A DNA stretch of 64,000 bases from Ranitomeya imitator (Eukaryota), in assembly GCF_032444005.1 (NCBI RefSeq), contig NW_027193546.1, positions 744,001 to 808,000 of the forward strand, read 5' to 3'. The notes under the pieces are model-generated. The model was not told where the DNA came from, searched no databases, and saw nothing but the letters and a program-made list of their open reading frames with translations. Below, piece after piece: positions 1 to 12,486 of this stretch; positions within the stretch are counted from its first letter, which is position 1; every line of letters begins with the position of its first letter. A program made the translations under genes and the position numbers.

Positions 1-1881
1 TTGACACTGTAATTCGCATTTTATATAAAATATGCATAAAAAATCTTCACATTCTCACGGGAATATTATATATATATTTTGTGCTCTGCATCATTATTTG
101 ACACTGTAATTCGCATTTTATATAAAATCTGCATAAAAAATCTTCTTGGCTGCACCAAAACACGTAAGAAACAAATGTATAACTTTTAGCGCTGTCGCAT
201 CCGCAGATATTATTCCAGCGTTCTTTAATTCTATATTATTTTATCACATATTAATTTCACAACTTTTATATGATATTTATAACACTCATTTTATATGAGT
301 TTTCTAACACATTCTCACGGGAATATTATATATATATATTTTGTGTTTTGCGCAATTATTTGACACTGTAATTCGCATTTTATATAAAATATGCATAAAA
401 AATCTTCACATTCTCACGGGAATATTATATATATATTTTGTGCTCTGCATCATTATTTGACACTGTAATTCGCATTTTATATAAAATCTGCATAAAAAAT
501 CTTCTTGGCTGCACCAAAACACGTAAGAAACAAATGTATAACTTTTAGCGCTGTCGCATCCGCAGATATTATTCCAGCGTTCTTTAATTCTATATTATTT
601 TATCACATATTAATTTCACAACTTTTATATGATATTTATAACACATTCTCATTTATAAGGGATTTATAACACAATATTGTAAAATCATTTATTGGTTCGC
701 GGCCTTACTAATATCCTTTGAAAATAAATTCAGCATTATTATTCCATGCTGTAACATTTCTATTCTGCAGCCTCCTGTTTAGTAAAAATTCAGCATTCTT
801 TTTATATCTTTGGTTTATATTATATTAGCTTTTTGATAATCCCGGGAGTGCCATCTATCTAGCCCTAGTATTTTTGTTATCTCAAAAGGGTGTGACACAG
901 TCCCATATATTATTCCAGCATTCTTTAATTCTACATTATTTTAGCACATATTAATTTCACAACTTTTATATGATATTTATAACACTCATTTTATATGAGT
1001 TTTCTAACACATTCTCACGGGGATATTATATATATATATATATACGGTATATATTTTGTGTTATGCACCATTATTTGACACTGTAATTCGCATTTTATAT
1101 GCCGCTGCTTTTTCTTGTTTTTGTGTAAAATCTCTGGCAGACAGGCACAGCTGTATCTCTACAAGACATGCGGGACACACCAGAGACATTGGAAATTGGG
1201 GGTTATAATGTCGAATTCAGAAAATAACCATTTTATATTGAATGACTAATGATTTCTATAGGCCTACTTTACTATGAAATTATGCATAAAAAATCTTCTT
1301 GGTTAACCCAAAACCGTAAGAAACAAACGCATAACTTTTAGCTCGAACACATCAGCATATATTATTACAGTTTTTTGCTGAATTAAAAATTATACAGTTA
1401 TTTCATATTTTTGGGGCTTCATGACAGGAGAAATTATTGATAGAAACCCAGAGTTTTGATACGTGTATGAAAATACACCAATATTAACTATTTGTGCTAT
1501 TTTAGGCACAAATTTGGTCTATATGCATAACAGGCAGGAGTTGGGGCGAAGAAATATGTGTTACATGCGTAGTGAATTGCAAATATATTCTGAAGTGTAT
1601 GGCATTTTGAGAAATGTGTAGCATAACCAATTACCTATCACGGTCACTAGATGGCAGAATATCATATTAATTATACATTGGGGTTTACTTTTGGAAGCTT
1701 ATAAAGGCGGTGTGTATGTGCACAGGATGACTTATTTTGTTTTTATAGTCACTAATATCCATATTAAATGACTCTTTAGCTTTATGAGTAAGAGACAACA
1801 TACAAATAGAATCCTTTTCCCTAGTAGTTTTATATTCTATGTCTGATATATTTCTACACAAAGCTACAAAACTATTTTGTA
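1..1881. repeat. Left arm (outer part) of a large inverted repeat; continues at 6137-6611 after the Penelope insertion
   Basis: Reverse complement of about 7858-9622; ORF 1685..1912(-) reappears as 7842..8054(+). Contains 359-bp tandem subunits (1-60 equals 360-419) and probably runs off the window start. Confidence 0.92.
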
Positions 1882-2068
1882 TAAACACATATCCTGGTGT
1901 GGTATCCCACAACAGAAAAGAAGTGAAAGGAATTATTTTTTATATTAAAAAGGTAAATTTTTATTACATAATTAAATCAGAATACAACAATAATAAAATA
2001 AGTGAAAAAGAGCAAAATAGACAGGGGGGTGGTGACAAAAACACCAGATTACAACGGGAGAAAAAACC

Positions 2069-3571
2069 ACATCAGCTTTACAGAAGCTCAATAACTTATC
2101 CCTGGAAAAACATATGGTTATGGTCACAGCCGACGTGGAGGCCTTGTACACCTCCATTAAACATCAGGATGGACTTAAGGCAGCAGAATGGTTTTTGAGA
2201 TCTAGCAATATGGATCAAGCTCTAATCCCCTTGATTATCTCCCTCTTGGAGTTTGTATTGACTCATAACATCTTCACTTTCAATAAACATATTTATTTGC
2301 AGACACAAGGCACCGCCATGGGTGCTTCCTGTGCCCCGTCATATGCTAACTTATTTTTAGGGGCATGGGAAAGGGAGATTTTTCAGGGGGACTTGTATCC
2401 AGAAGCACAGTTGGCACACGGATGGATGAGATATATCGACGATGTGTGGTTTGTCTGGGAAGGCACAATTAATGAACTCCATAATTTTGTGACAAAATTA
2501 AATGATAACAATTTAAATATATACCTGACTTATCAATTTGGCCGGGAACTAGAGTTTCTAGACATCAAAATTGATGTCCTATATGATGGCATGATTCGTA
2601 CCAACCTCCACAGAAAACCCACTTCCACTAATTCCATTTTACATGCAGCCTCCTCACATCCTTCAAATACAATCAAAGGTATACCAGTGGGCCAATTTTT
2701 ACGAGCAAAACGTATCTGCTCCGAAGAACAGGATTTTGAAAACCAGGCTGTCGACCTCACCAATAGATTTCTTGACCGGGGTTATAGCAAACGGTACATA
2801 AGAAATGGATATAGGAGAGCAAAGACAATCACTAGAGACAAACTGCTTTTTTCCTCCAATAAAAACAACAAAAAATCCAAAACAAACAATGACCAGGTTA
2901 GATATATTTCAACATATAACAACCGCTGGAATGACCTCAAAACCTTATTTAAGAAACATTGGAATATCCTGATGACGGACCCTGTCCTACAGAAAATTCT
3001 CCCCGATGGCCCTTTACTAATATCAAGAAGAAGCAAAAACTTACGTGACTTATTGGTTCATAGTCATTACGAGCCAGCATCTAAATTAACTCAAAAATCA
3101 TCACAGCAAGGTTTTTTCCCCTGTGGCATGTGTAAGGCATGCCTGAATACAGAGAGGGCCCATTCATTCACGAATTTTGATGGATCTAAAACTTTTGAAA
3201 TCCGTAAATACCTCACTTGTTCCTCCAAGGGAATTATTTATCATGCCACTTGTCCATGCGGGCTGATTTATATTGGCCTAACAACTCGCGAGGCAAAAAT
3301 TCGGGTCCGTGAACACGTTCGGGATATTGAAAAGGCCAAAACTATAGACGATTTATCTTTATTGAAATCTGTACCACGTCACTTCAAAACTCATCATAGC
3401 TGTAATCCCAGAGGCCTTTTATTTAAAGTCATTGATCAGATCAATTTGGGTCTACGTGGAGGTGATCTGGCCAAGTCTCTAGCACAACTAGAGAGCAAAT
3501 GGATATATAGACTTGGCACAATCACACCACGTGGCCTAAATGAAAGCTTCGGCTTTAATTCTTTTTTGTAA
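2069..3571 (+). CDS. Penelope-like reverse transcriptase + GIY-YIG endonuclease (N-terminally truncated, no internal stops)
   Basis: RT motifs DVEALYTSI, QTQGTAMGASCAPSYANLF and RYIDD; Cys-rich linker FFPCGMCKAC; GIY-YIG GIIYHATCPCGLIYIGLT..R.REH. The frame is open from the inversion junction at 2068/2069; the ORF track starts at 2114. Confidence 0.93.
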   Translation, partial: TSALQKLNNLSLEKHMVMVTADVEALYTSIKHQDGLKAAEWFLRSSNMDQALIPLIISLLEFVLTHNIFTFNKHIYLQTQGTAMGASCAPSYANLFLGAWEREIFQGDLYPEAQLAHGWMRYIDDVWFVWEGTINELHNFVTKLNDNNLNIYLTYQFGRELEFLDIKIDVLYDGMIRTNLHRKPTSTNSILHAASSHPSNTIKGIPVGQFLRAKRICSEEQDFENQAVDLTNRFLDRGYSKRYIRNGYRRAKTITRDKLLFSSNKNNKKSKTNNDQVRYISTYNNRWNDLKTLFKKHWNILMTDPVLQKILPDGPLLISRRSKNLRDLLVHSHYEPASKLTQKSSQQGFFPCGMCKACLNTERAHSFTNFDGSKTFEIRKYLTCSSKGIIYHATCPCGLIYIGLTTREAKIRVREHVRDIEKAKTIDDLSLLKSVPRHFKTHHSCNPRGLLFKVIDQINLGLRGGDLAKSLAQLESKWIYRLGTITPRGLNESFGFNSFL

Positions 3572-4229
3572 ACTGTATCTCTTCAATTTTATATTTAGGT
3601 TTTTAAGGCATTTTAATTACTAGTTATCTTTAGTGTATAGGCAACTATATCTATTTTTAGTATGTAGTTAGTATTCTTCGTATGTAGTTTTTAGAACCCT
3701 TGTTTTTAATTGTTGTAATTTATATTGTTGTCCCTATATTCATACTAACCTCTGTTTCAACTTATAGGATTATGTATTTATGCTGCTATACCTGTATAAT
3801 ATTCAGCATGAACATCTGGGATGCTCGCAGGATTGAATGGAATTCAGTTATATTTACCTTCTTCTTCATCTCCACGAAATATACTTGATGCATCAAAAGT
3901 CTTCTATGCGTCCATACGACTGAAATCCGCCTAGATTGGGAGTGGACATTTTGGGATAAGGGATCTCTGAGGACTTTCTGGGGAGAGGTGATATGATGCC
4001 TTGGGTGCAGAAATCCGGAACTGAAAAGAGGCAAAGGAGATATATTGATTGTTATTCATTATAGTGTTCATTCTTCTTCCTGCAGTCACATGAACCCTTA
4101 TGTATGCTTAATCTGCACATATTTAGGTGTTTAATCATGTTTAACATGCATTCGCATGTCCCTCACCCTTGCCGACAAAATATGTTTTGCCTAGGCATAA
4201 CTATAGGCTTTCAACAGCATTTTTTCTTA

Positions 4230-4700
4230 CAATACTGCCACGTAACTCTCTCCCTCTGTCACACCTGCACCCTACCTATATATGTATACATATTGCTTGT
4301 AACAACATTTCTCTTATAATAGCTGTTATAATAGTTAGCCCCTCCCTATTGTCACATTAGCACTTTATTTATGCATATTTTGCACATATGCAGTCATTAA
4401 ATCCTTCCCCATTGCCACTCCAGCACTTTACTTTCTGTATATATATATGTTTGCTACAACATTTCCCCCTCCCTATTGTCTCATTAGCACTTTATTTATG
4501 CCTATTTTTGCACTAACGCAGTCATCAAATCCTCCTCCACCGTTACACCAGCATTTTACTTTCTGCATATATATATATGTTTGTAACAACATTTCCTTTA
4601 CAAATGCGGTCATAACATTTAGTTCCTCCCCTTTGTCACTTCAGCACCCTATTTATGTCTATTTGGCACATACCTTAGTGTATCCTTAACATTTTTATTC
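4230..4700. repeat. Imperfect 130-160 bp tandem repeats in the Penelope 3' region
   Basis: Recurrent tatatgtttgtaacaacatttc and ccctccctattgtcacattagcactttatttatg motifs near 4280/4340, 4440/4470 and 4570/4630. Confidence 0.6.
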
Positions 4701-5414
4701 CTTAGAATCATTCAACAAATATATTATTAGACCCTTACAATCAATATTTCCCCTATTAATATTATAATAATATTCGGCTTTTTTCACATAGTCACATATG
4801 CACTTTACTTTTGTGCAGCTTTGCACTTGTCCATGGTTGTCAACCAATATATATATTTTTTACTATGCCCAATTTCTCTCAACATGTATCAATATATATT
4901 GGGTTCAGTAGTCCAAACATTTGGTTTTTATTCCCTTTACGGGGGTTTCTTCTATAATTTCCCCTTCAATGCGGCACAGTCTCAGTCCCAGTGTCTGCAA
5001 CAATTCGGTCATCTGGCCCGCCCCCTTCCTTTCCTCCCCCTTTTTTTACTAGCGATCCACTCTTTCAATATGACTCCCCCTCTTTATCTATCCGCTGCAC
5101 TAGATACACGCACCAACAACAAACCCAGTCCCGTGGTCTCACCCTCTCCCTCTCATCTCTTTCTTCGCCGGCATCTCTGGAGTTCTCGCGCGCGTGCGCG
5201 GGGTCCGTTGGCTCCGCCTCTGACCTCCTGATGGCGCCGCCTCACGTGACCGCAGTGCGTTCCACTGCGTGTCACGGAGCGCCCTCGGGGGGTTCCCTTG
5301 GCAACGGTGGGACGGCCCTGCATGCGCGCGCACATTTGAACTTCCTCTGTATGCTTCCGGTGCAATCATCCAGCAGTGATATATAATCCCCCATGCCTGA
5401 CCATTCCTCCACAC

Positions 5415-5456
5415 GCCCCAGTTGAAGAAGCTTGTGCGAAACGGCGCTCGTCGGGC
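5415..5456 (+). ncRNA. Minimal type-I hammerhead ribozyme-like motif (variant core)
   Basis: gccc-C(agt)TGAAGA-a-gc ttgt gc-GAAAC-ggcgctc-GTC-gggc. Stem I is gccc/gggc, stem II gc/gc, stem III acg/cgt. Located in a Penelope pLTR, where small hammerheads are expected. Confidence 0.6.
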
Positions 5457-6136
5457 TCGGGACCATAGCACCGGCTATCCTGCACGCTACACAGTCGGTC
5501 TTTTCATGACATAGCAGTCACACTACAGGTAACCAGAACTGTCACTTTGGAATTTCTCTCTACATTGGGTATACTACATTGCAGGCTTTGGATCAGTGCT
5601 TAGCGCACACACCAGATATATTAGCAATTTCTGCATTATTCTGGCATAAAAGTCATGCACAGTTAGTCCCTATACTATGTAGGTAGTTGCTTGATTCCAG
5701 GACAATATATTCCTTTGAAGGTTTCTGGTTGCTATCTATATATATTCTTTACATCTTGATACCCGTTAGCACTTTGCTGTAGTTGTCATGACCTTATGGT
5801 AATATTACCGGTGCATTATATTTGGTTTCACGGTACTGTGCTGTGTTGACTCTATGTAGCTACATAGCTCTTATACCCCTGTGTACAGGAACCATTTTCG
5901 GTGCTGTTTTTTCTCCCGTTGTAATCTGGTGTTTTTGTCACCACCCCCCTGTCTATTTTGCTCTTTTTCACTTATTTTATTATTGTTGTATTCTGATTTA
6001 ATTATGTAATAAAAATTTACCTTTTTAATATAAAAAATAATTCCTTTCACTTCTTTTCTGTTGTGGGATACCACACCAGGATATGTGTTTATGTATATCG
6101 AAGTGACCATAAGCAATATTGTGGACTATGGGTATA

Positions 6137-6611
6137 AAAACTATTTTGTAGTTTATAATGTATCACAGTAGTTTCATGTGAAGTTACATCTTAGGTTCTG
6201 TTCAGACTATTGTAATATCTATAGCTTAAAATAGAGCCAAATAGCTACTTTCAAACACGGACATACACCATTGATTTTCGGCACAAATGGATCCAATATA
6301 TCTCGTGTCACGGTTTATTTTTACCGCGTTGCGGTTTAAAGTTATAAGCATTTAAATAATAATTTTCTCATTAGATATGTGACTCGCGATATTTATTTGC
6401 TTAGGTTAGATCATTTTCAGTTTAACAATACATTTTATCACAAAAATGACCTTATCTGGGGCCCTAGAAACAACATAGCAGCATTAGTAAGCCCCTTTCT
6501 TTTTACATTATCAAGAATCCTTGGGTTAAGATAACGTAAGTTTATATGCATAAAGCATTTAATATAGTGCACCAAACATGATATGGTTTTTGATTTCTAT
6601 GAACTGTCGCG
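6137..6611. repeat. Left arm (inner part) of the inverted repeat
   Basis: Reverse complement of 7397-7871; coordinates sum to 14008 at both ends, so there is no net indel. Confidence 0.95.
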
Positions 6612-6837
6612 AACAAATCATATAAGGTTAAAAATATGAATATTATTGAATATAATGTTTTACTATTGTTTACAGTATTTTATTTTCCGGGTGTTACTTT
6701 TGTTCATGTACTACTGGTTTCTTCCTCAGTTGTGATTTTTACCTTTTCTATATAAATATGGGTAAATGAATTGGCCATTATAGATTTATGGCGCTGTAAA
6801 GAGAGAGGAGAATTACAGAAAGGAGATGGCTGCAGGC

Positions 6838-7370
6838 AAACACACACACACAACAAACACACATAACATACAGAAAACACACAACACATACAACAAACAT
6901 ACATACACAACATACAGAACACACACACACACACAACACAGAACCCACACACCACAAACACACATAACATACAAAACACACACACACACAACACATACAA
7001 CAAACATACATACACAACATACAGAACACACACACACAACAAACACACATAACATACAAAACACAACATAACATACAGAAAACACACAACACATACAACA
7101 AACATACATACACAACATACAGAACACACACACACACACACACACACACAACACAGAACCCACACACCACAAGCACACATAACATACAAAACACACACAC
7201 ACACAACACATACAACAAACATACATACACAACATACAGAACACACACACACACAACAAACACACATAACATACAAAACACACACAACACATACAACACA
7301 CACGACAAACATACACACACACACAACACACAGAACACATACAACACATGCATCACACACAACACACATA
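6838..7370. repeat. Degenerate (CA)-rich simple repeat in the palindrome spacer
   Basis: acacacaacacatacaacaaacatac-type low-complexity tract. Confidence 0.95.
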
Positions 7371-7396
7371 GTGTATAGTGCGATTACATTTTAGAC

Positions 7397-9622
7397 CGCG
7401 ACAGTTCATAGAAATCAAAAACCATATCATGTTTGGTGCACTATATTAAATGCTTTATGCATATAAACTTACGTTATCTTAACCCAAGGATTCTTGATAA
7501 TGTAAAAAGAAAGGGGCTTACTAATGCTGCTATGTTGTTTCTAGGGCCCCAGATAAGGTCATTTTTGTGATAAAATGTATTGTTAAACTGAAAATGATCT
7601 AACCTAAGCAAATAAATATCGCGAGTCACATATCTAATGAGAAAATTATTATTTAAATGCTTATAACTTTAAACCGCAACGCGGTAAAAATAAACCGTGA
7701 CACGAGATATATTGGATCCATTTGTGCCGAAAATCAATGGTGTATGTCCGTGTTTGAAAGTAGCTATTTGGCTCTATTTTAAGCTATAGATATTACAATA
7801 GTCTGAACAGAACCTAAGATGTAACTTCACATGAAACTACTGTGATACATTATAAACTACAAAATAGTTTTGTAGCTTTGTGTAGAAATATATCAGACAT
7901 AGAATATAAAACTACTAGGGAAAAGGATTCTATTTGTATGTTGTCTCTTACTCATAAAGCTAAAGAGTCATTTAATATGGATATTAGTGACTATAAAAAC
8001 AAAATAAGTCATCCTGTGCACATACACACCGCCTTTATAAGCTTCCAAAAGTAAACCCCAATGTATAATTAATATGATATTCTGCCATCTAGTGACCGTG
8101 ATAGGTAATTGGTTATGCTACACATTTCTCAAAATGCCATACACTTCAGAATATATTTGCAATTCACTACGCATGTAACACATATTTCTCCTGCCTGTTA
8201 TGCATATAGACCAAATTTGTGCCTAAAATAGCACAAATAGTTAATATTGGTGTATTTTCATACACGTATCAAAACTCTGGGTTTCTATCAATAATTTCTC
8301 CTGTCATGAAGCCCCAAAAATATGAAATAACTGTATAATTTTTAATTCAGCAAAAAACTGTAATAATATATGCTGATGTGTTCGAGCTAAAAGTTATGCG
8401 TTTGTTTCTTACGGTTTTGGGTTAACCAAGAAGATTTTTTATGCATAATTTCATAGTAAAGTAGGCCTATAGAAATCATTAGTCATTCAATATAAAATGG
8501 TTATTTTCTGAATTCGACATTATAACCCCCAATTTCCAATGTCTCTGGTGTGTCCCGCATGTCTTGTAGAGATACAGCTGTGCCTGTCTGCCAGAGATTT
8601 TACACAAAAACAAGAAAAAGCAGCGGCATATAAAATGCGAATTACAGTGTCAAATACTGGTGCATAACACAAAATATATACAGTATATATATATATATAT
8701 ATATAATATCCCCGTGAGAATGTGTTAGAAAACTCATATAAAATGAGTGTTATAAATATCATATAAAAGTTGTGAAATTAATATGTGCTAAAATAATGTA
8801 GAATTAAAGAATGCTGGAATAATATATGGGACTGTGTCACACCCTTTTGAGATAACAAAAATACTAGGGCTAGATAGATGGCACTCCCGGGATTATCAAA
8901 AAGCTAATATAATATAAACCAAAGATATAAAAAGAATGCTGAATTTTTACTAAACAGGAGGCTGCAGAATAGAAATGTTACAGCATGGAATAATAATGCT
9001 GAATTTATTTTCAAAGGATATTAGTAAGGCCGCGAACCAATAAATGATTTTACAATATTGTGTTATAAATCCCTTATAAATGAGAATGTGTTATAAATAT
9101 CATATAAAAGTTGTGAAATTAATATGTGATAAAATAATATAGAATTAAAGAACGCTGGAATAATATCTGCGGATGCGACAGCGCTAAAAGTTATACATTT
9201 GTTTCTTACGTGTTTTGGTGCAGCCAAGAAGATTTTTTATGCAGATTTTATATAAAATGCGAATTACAGTGTCAAATAATGATGCAGAGCACAAAATATA
9301 TATATAATATTCCCGTGAGAATGTGAAGATTTTTTATGCATATTTTATATAAAATGCGAATTACAGTGTCAAATAATTGCGCAAAACACAAAATATATAT
9401 ATATAATATTCCCGTGAGAATGTGTTAGAAAACTCATATAAAATGAGTGTTATAAATATCATATAAAAGTTGTGAAATTAATATGTGCTAAAATAATGTA
9501 GAATTAAAGAACGCTGGAATAATATCTGTGGATGCGGTAGATCTAAAAGTTATACATTTGTTTCTTACGTGTTTTGGTGTAGCCAAGAAGATTTTTTTTA
9601 TGCAGATTTTATATAAAATGCG
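7397..9622. repeat. Right arm of the large inverted repeat (uninterrupted)
   Basis: Matches 6137-6611 plus about 111-1881 in reverse complement, with scattered substitutions and a short deletion near 8190. Confidence 0.92.
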
Positions 9623-10102
9623 GGCGAATACAAAAAAGGCTTCTTTATTTCCAAATAACATGCTGCAGATACACTATCATCATGACCTGTGTGACTTGTG
9701 GCTGTCAAATAAAATACAATGCTCTGATAACTGCAGTAAACCCATTTCCGCTACCTTAGTAAATATTGTAAGTTGCTCTCTGTGTACGTTCTACACCGGT
9801 TTATTGGGTCAACAGAACCTCTGTTAGTATATCTCCCCCACAGAAACTCTGGCTGTCTAGTGACCAGCATGTCCTGTAGAGACACAGGTGTGCTTGTCTG
9901 TCAGTTTCACACTTATATTAATGAAATGTCTTTGTAAGCCACGTTGTCCTGTAGAGACACAACTGTGATTATTATATAAACGACATGGTGTGTTATAAAA
10001 TACAATATATAAAAATGAGAATACCTTACACATTACAGTCTGCAGCCAGAAACACTGGTTCTAAAATACACTGCATAGAAATGTGGCCGTAATAGGTAAT
10101 TA

Positions 10103-10744
10103 GTTATGCCACACATTTCTCAAAATGACATACACTGTAGAATATATCTGCAATTCACTACACTTGTAACACATATTTCATCGCCCCAACTCCTGACTGC
10201 TATACATATAGGACAAATTTACGCCTAAAATAGCACAAATAGTTAATATTGGTGTATTTTCATACACTTATCAAAACTTTGGGTTTCTACATAATTTTCT
10301 ATTTATATGGCCTAATTAGCAATACTATTCAGTTGCATTCTGAGATATATATATATATATATTAATGTACACTCTGCACGCCATCATGCCTGAACAAAAC
10401 AGAAATGTAGATTTTTTGCGAATTTATTAAAAAGAAAACTGAAATATCACACGGTCATAAGTATTCAGACCCTTTGCACAGTATTGAGTGCAATATTACA
10501 CTCAGTCATTCCGCCTGTTACTGTATACATTGGTTATGCCACACATTTCTCAAAATGACATACACTGTAGAATATATCTGCAATTCACTACGCTTGTAAC
10601 ACATATTTCATCGCCCCAACTCCTGACTGCTATACATATAGGACAAATTTACGCCTAAAATAGCACAAATAGTTAATATTGGTGTATTTTCATACACTTA
10701 TCAAAACTTTGGGTTTCTACATAATTTTCTATTTATATGGCCTA
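10103..10744. repeat. Two near-identical 212-bp direct repeats (10103-10314, 10533-10744), diverged paralogs of about 8112-8300
   Basis: gttatgccacacatttctcaaaatg...atttatatggccta occurs twice, 430 bp apart. Confidence 0.88.
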
Positions 10745-12486
10745 AAAAAAACAGTAATACATGTGCAGATGTAACTTAAAATGTGTTCCCAGAATCAAAT
10801 TACCAATATCAAACATGGTGTGTTATAAATGCATGAATAAAACTGATAGAAATGCCCAAAGAGTGCAGAAGTGTTATTTCTATAAAGATATATTGCCCGG
10901 TTTCTTATGTATGTCCAGTTATTTTCAACAAAACAAGGATAGAGTCAAATTATAGGCAGCACAGGCAACATGCATAAAGATAATAACATAAATAAGTCCT
11001 AAATGTCTATTTCATGTTAAAATTTGAGCTGTTGTTTTATTGTGAGAAATAAATCTTTTTCTATTTTTACAATATCGTGTCTTTGGTTTTTATTCGTATA
11101 AAACACGCCGCTTCTTACTTGTGTTGTAACATTGGGTCATATTATAACTTGTGTTGTGACATTGGTGCATATCTCTTCTGTGTATATAAGGCAGCCACAA
11201 GGATAAAACCTGCTACAATGTGAATAAACACAACTTGCAATGGCCTCAGTAGATAACAAATAACTTTGCAGATGCCATCTTCAGGACACAAAAAAGAGAA
11301 AGCAAATATCAATTCAGGTACAATACAAGTACAAATGTGTTATAAAACAAAGTTCTGCTTCACAAAGATCACCAAACAGCATGAGTTTGTACAAAAATAT
11401 CTGAACCTCAGATAACACAGCTGTTTTCTGAGAAAGCTAATACAAAAAACAAATAACCTCAGATGCCATCTTCAGGACACAATAACTTTTCTGTTTGTGA
11501 AAATAAACATTTATGGGGTACGCAAATACAACAACAATTGCTTGACCTAGGTGCTATAAACCTCTGACCCACAGTTAACCTAATTTAGGTAATGTTCACC
11601 ATTTAGTTAGTGTTTGAGAATACTTTTCACATAACAGGATGTAGGATTGCATACAGAAACATCAGCCCTATTCACTATATGGATACACTGTGAATAAAAC
11701 AAAAGCTTACAGAATCAAACTCGGGGCTACGTATAAAATCTATTATAAAACAAATGAGAAAGGTGTTATAAACCACGTGTAAAATAAATACACGACTAGG
11801 CTATAATTATAAACATGTGTTATTCCACAAAATACGGGAATAATATCAAAACTACAACAAATTAAACTATATTAAACTATATCAAAAGGGGAAATCAAAC
11901 AAGGAGGGACAGCTGGATACCAGCCGTCAGACAAGGGGAGGGGAGGGGTTACACATTTTGATACACTTTGATAGGGGCGGGGCACCTGTCAGATTGAGTT
12001 TGACGGATCATGGCTATTATACACTACTTCTATTTCTTCTCTCTCTACTTATCTCCCTCTTTCTTTCTCTTTGTCTTTATCTCTCTTTCTTTCTCCTTTG
12101 CTTTCTCTCTCGTTCACTCTCTCTCTTTGTCTTTATCTCTCTCTCTCCTTCTCTCTCCCAGGGAGAGATGATCAATCCTTCATGTCAGCAGTGCACCTCT
12201 CCAAAATGAGGCAGATGTACTAGATTTTCCAGGCACCGCCATCTGTACGTGCGGTGCTGCTGTAATCCCTGTCATCATCCTCGTTTTTCCTCTCCACGTT
12301 TCCATATCCAGCCAAGTGATCGCTGGGCCCAGTATTCTCATCAGCATTGCCGATACTTCGAGCTATAGCTAAGGAGAAGGCACAAGTGATGATAACCCGC
12401 CTCTATGTGCCCTCAAGTGTCTCCGCTGTGGTGCGGGATGATGTGCTATGGAAGGTTAATAATCAATAATTGTGTCCTTCCTACAG

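Larger units (their letters stand above)
1882..6136 (+). mobile_element. Penelope-like retroelement (Neptune-type), 5'-truncated, with inverted pseudo-LTR
   Basis: 14-bp TSD aaaactattttgta at 1868-1881 and 6137-6150; the uninterrupted site is visible in the opposite palindrome arm (7858-7871). 1881-2067 is the reverse complement of 5906-6092. RT-GIY-YIG ORF inside. Confidence 0.93.

Noticed and set aside
6704-7369. Cys/Val-rich ORFs and an exon-like segment (ctctttacag...GAAAAG-gtaaaa) on minus in the palindrome spacer
   Set aside because: The ORFs are translations of a CA microsatellite; the splice-like signals have no recognisable homology or partner exons.
1-9622. Palindrome as a pure sequencing fold-back chimera
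   Set aside because: Arms differ by SNPs, an indel and a TSD-flanked insertion and have a 785-bp unique spacer. This is unlikely for a read artefact, though spanning reads are still needed.
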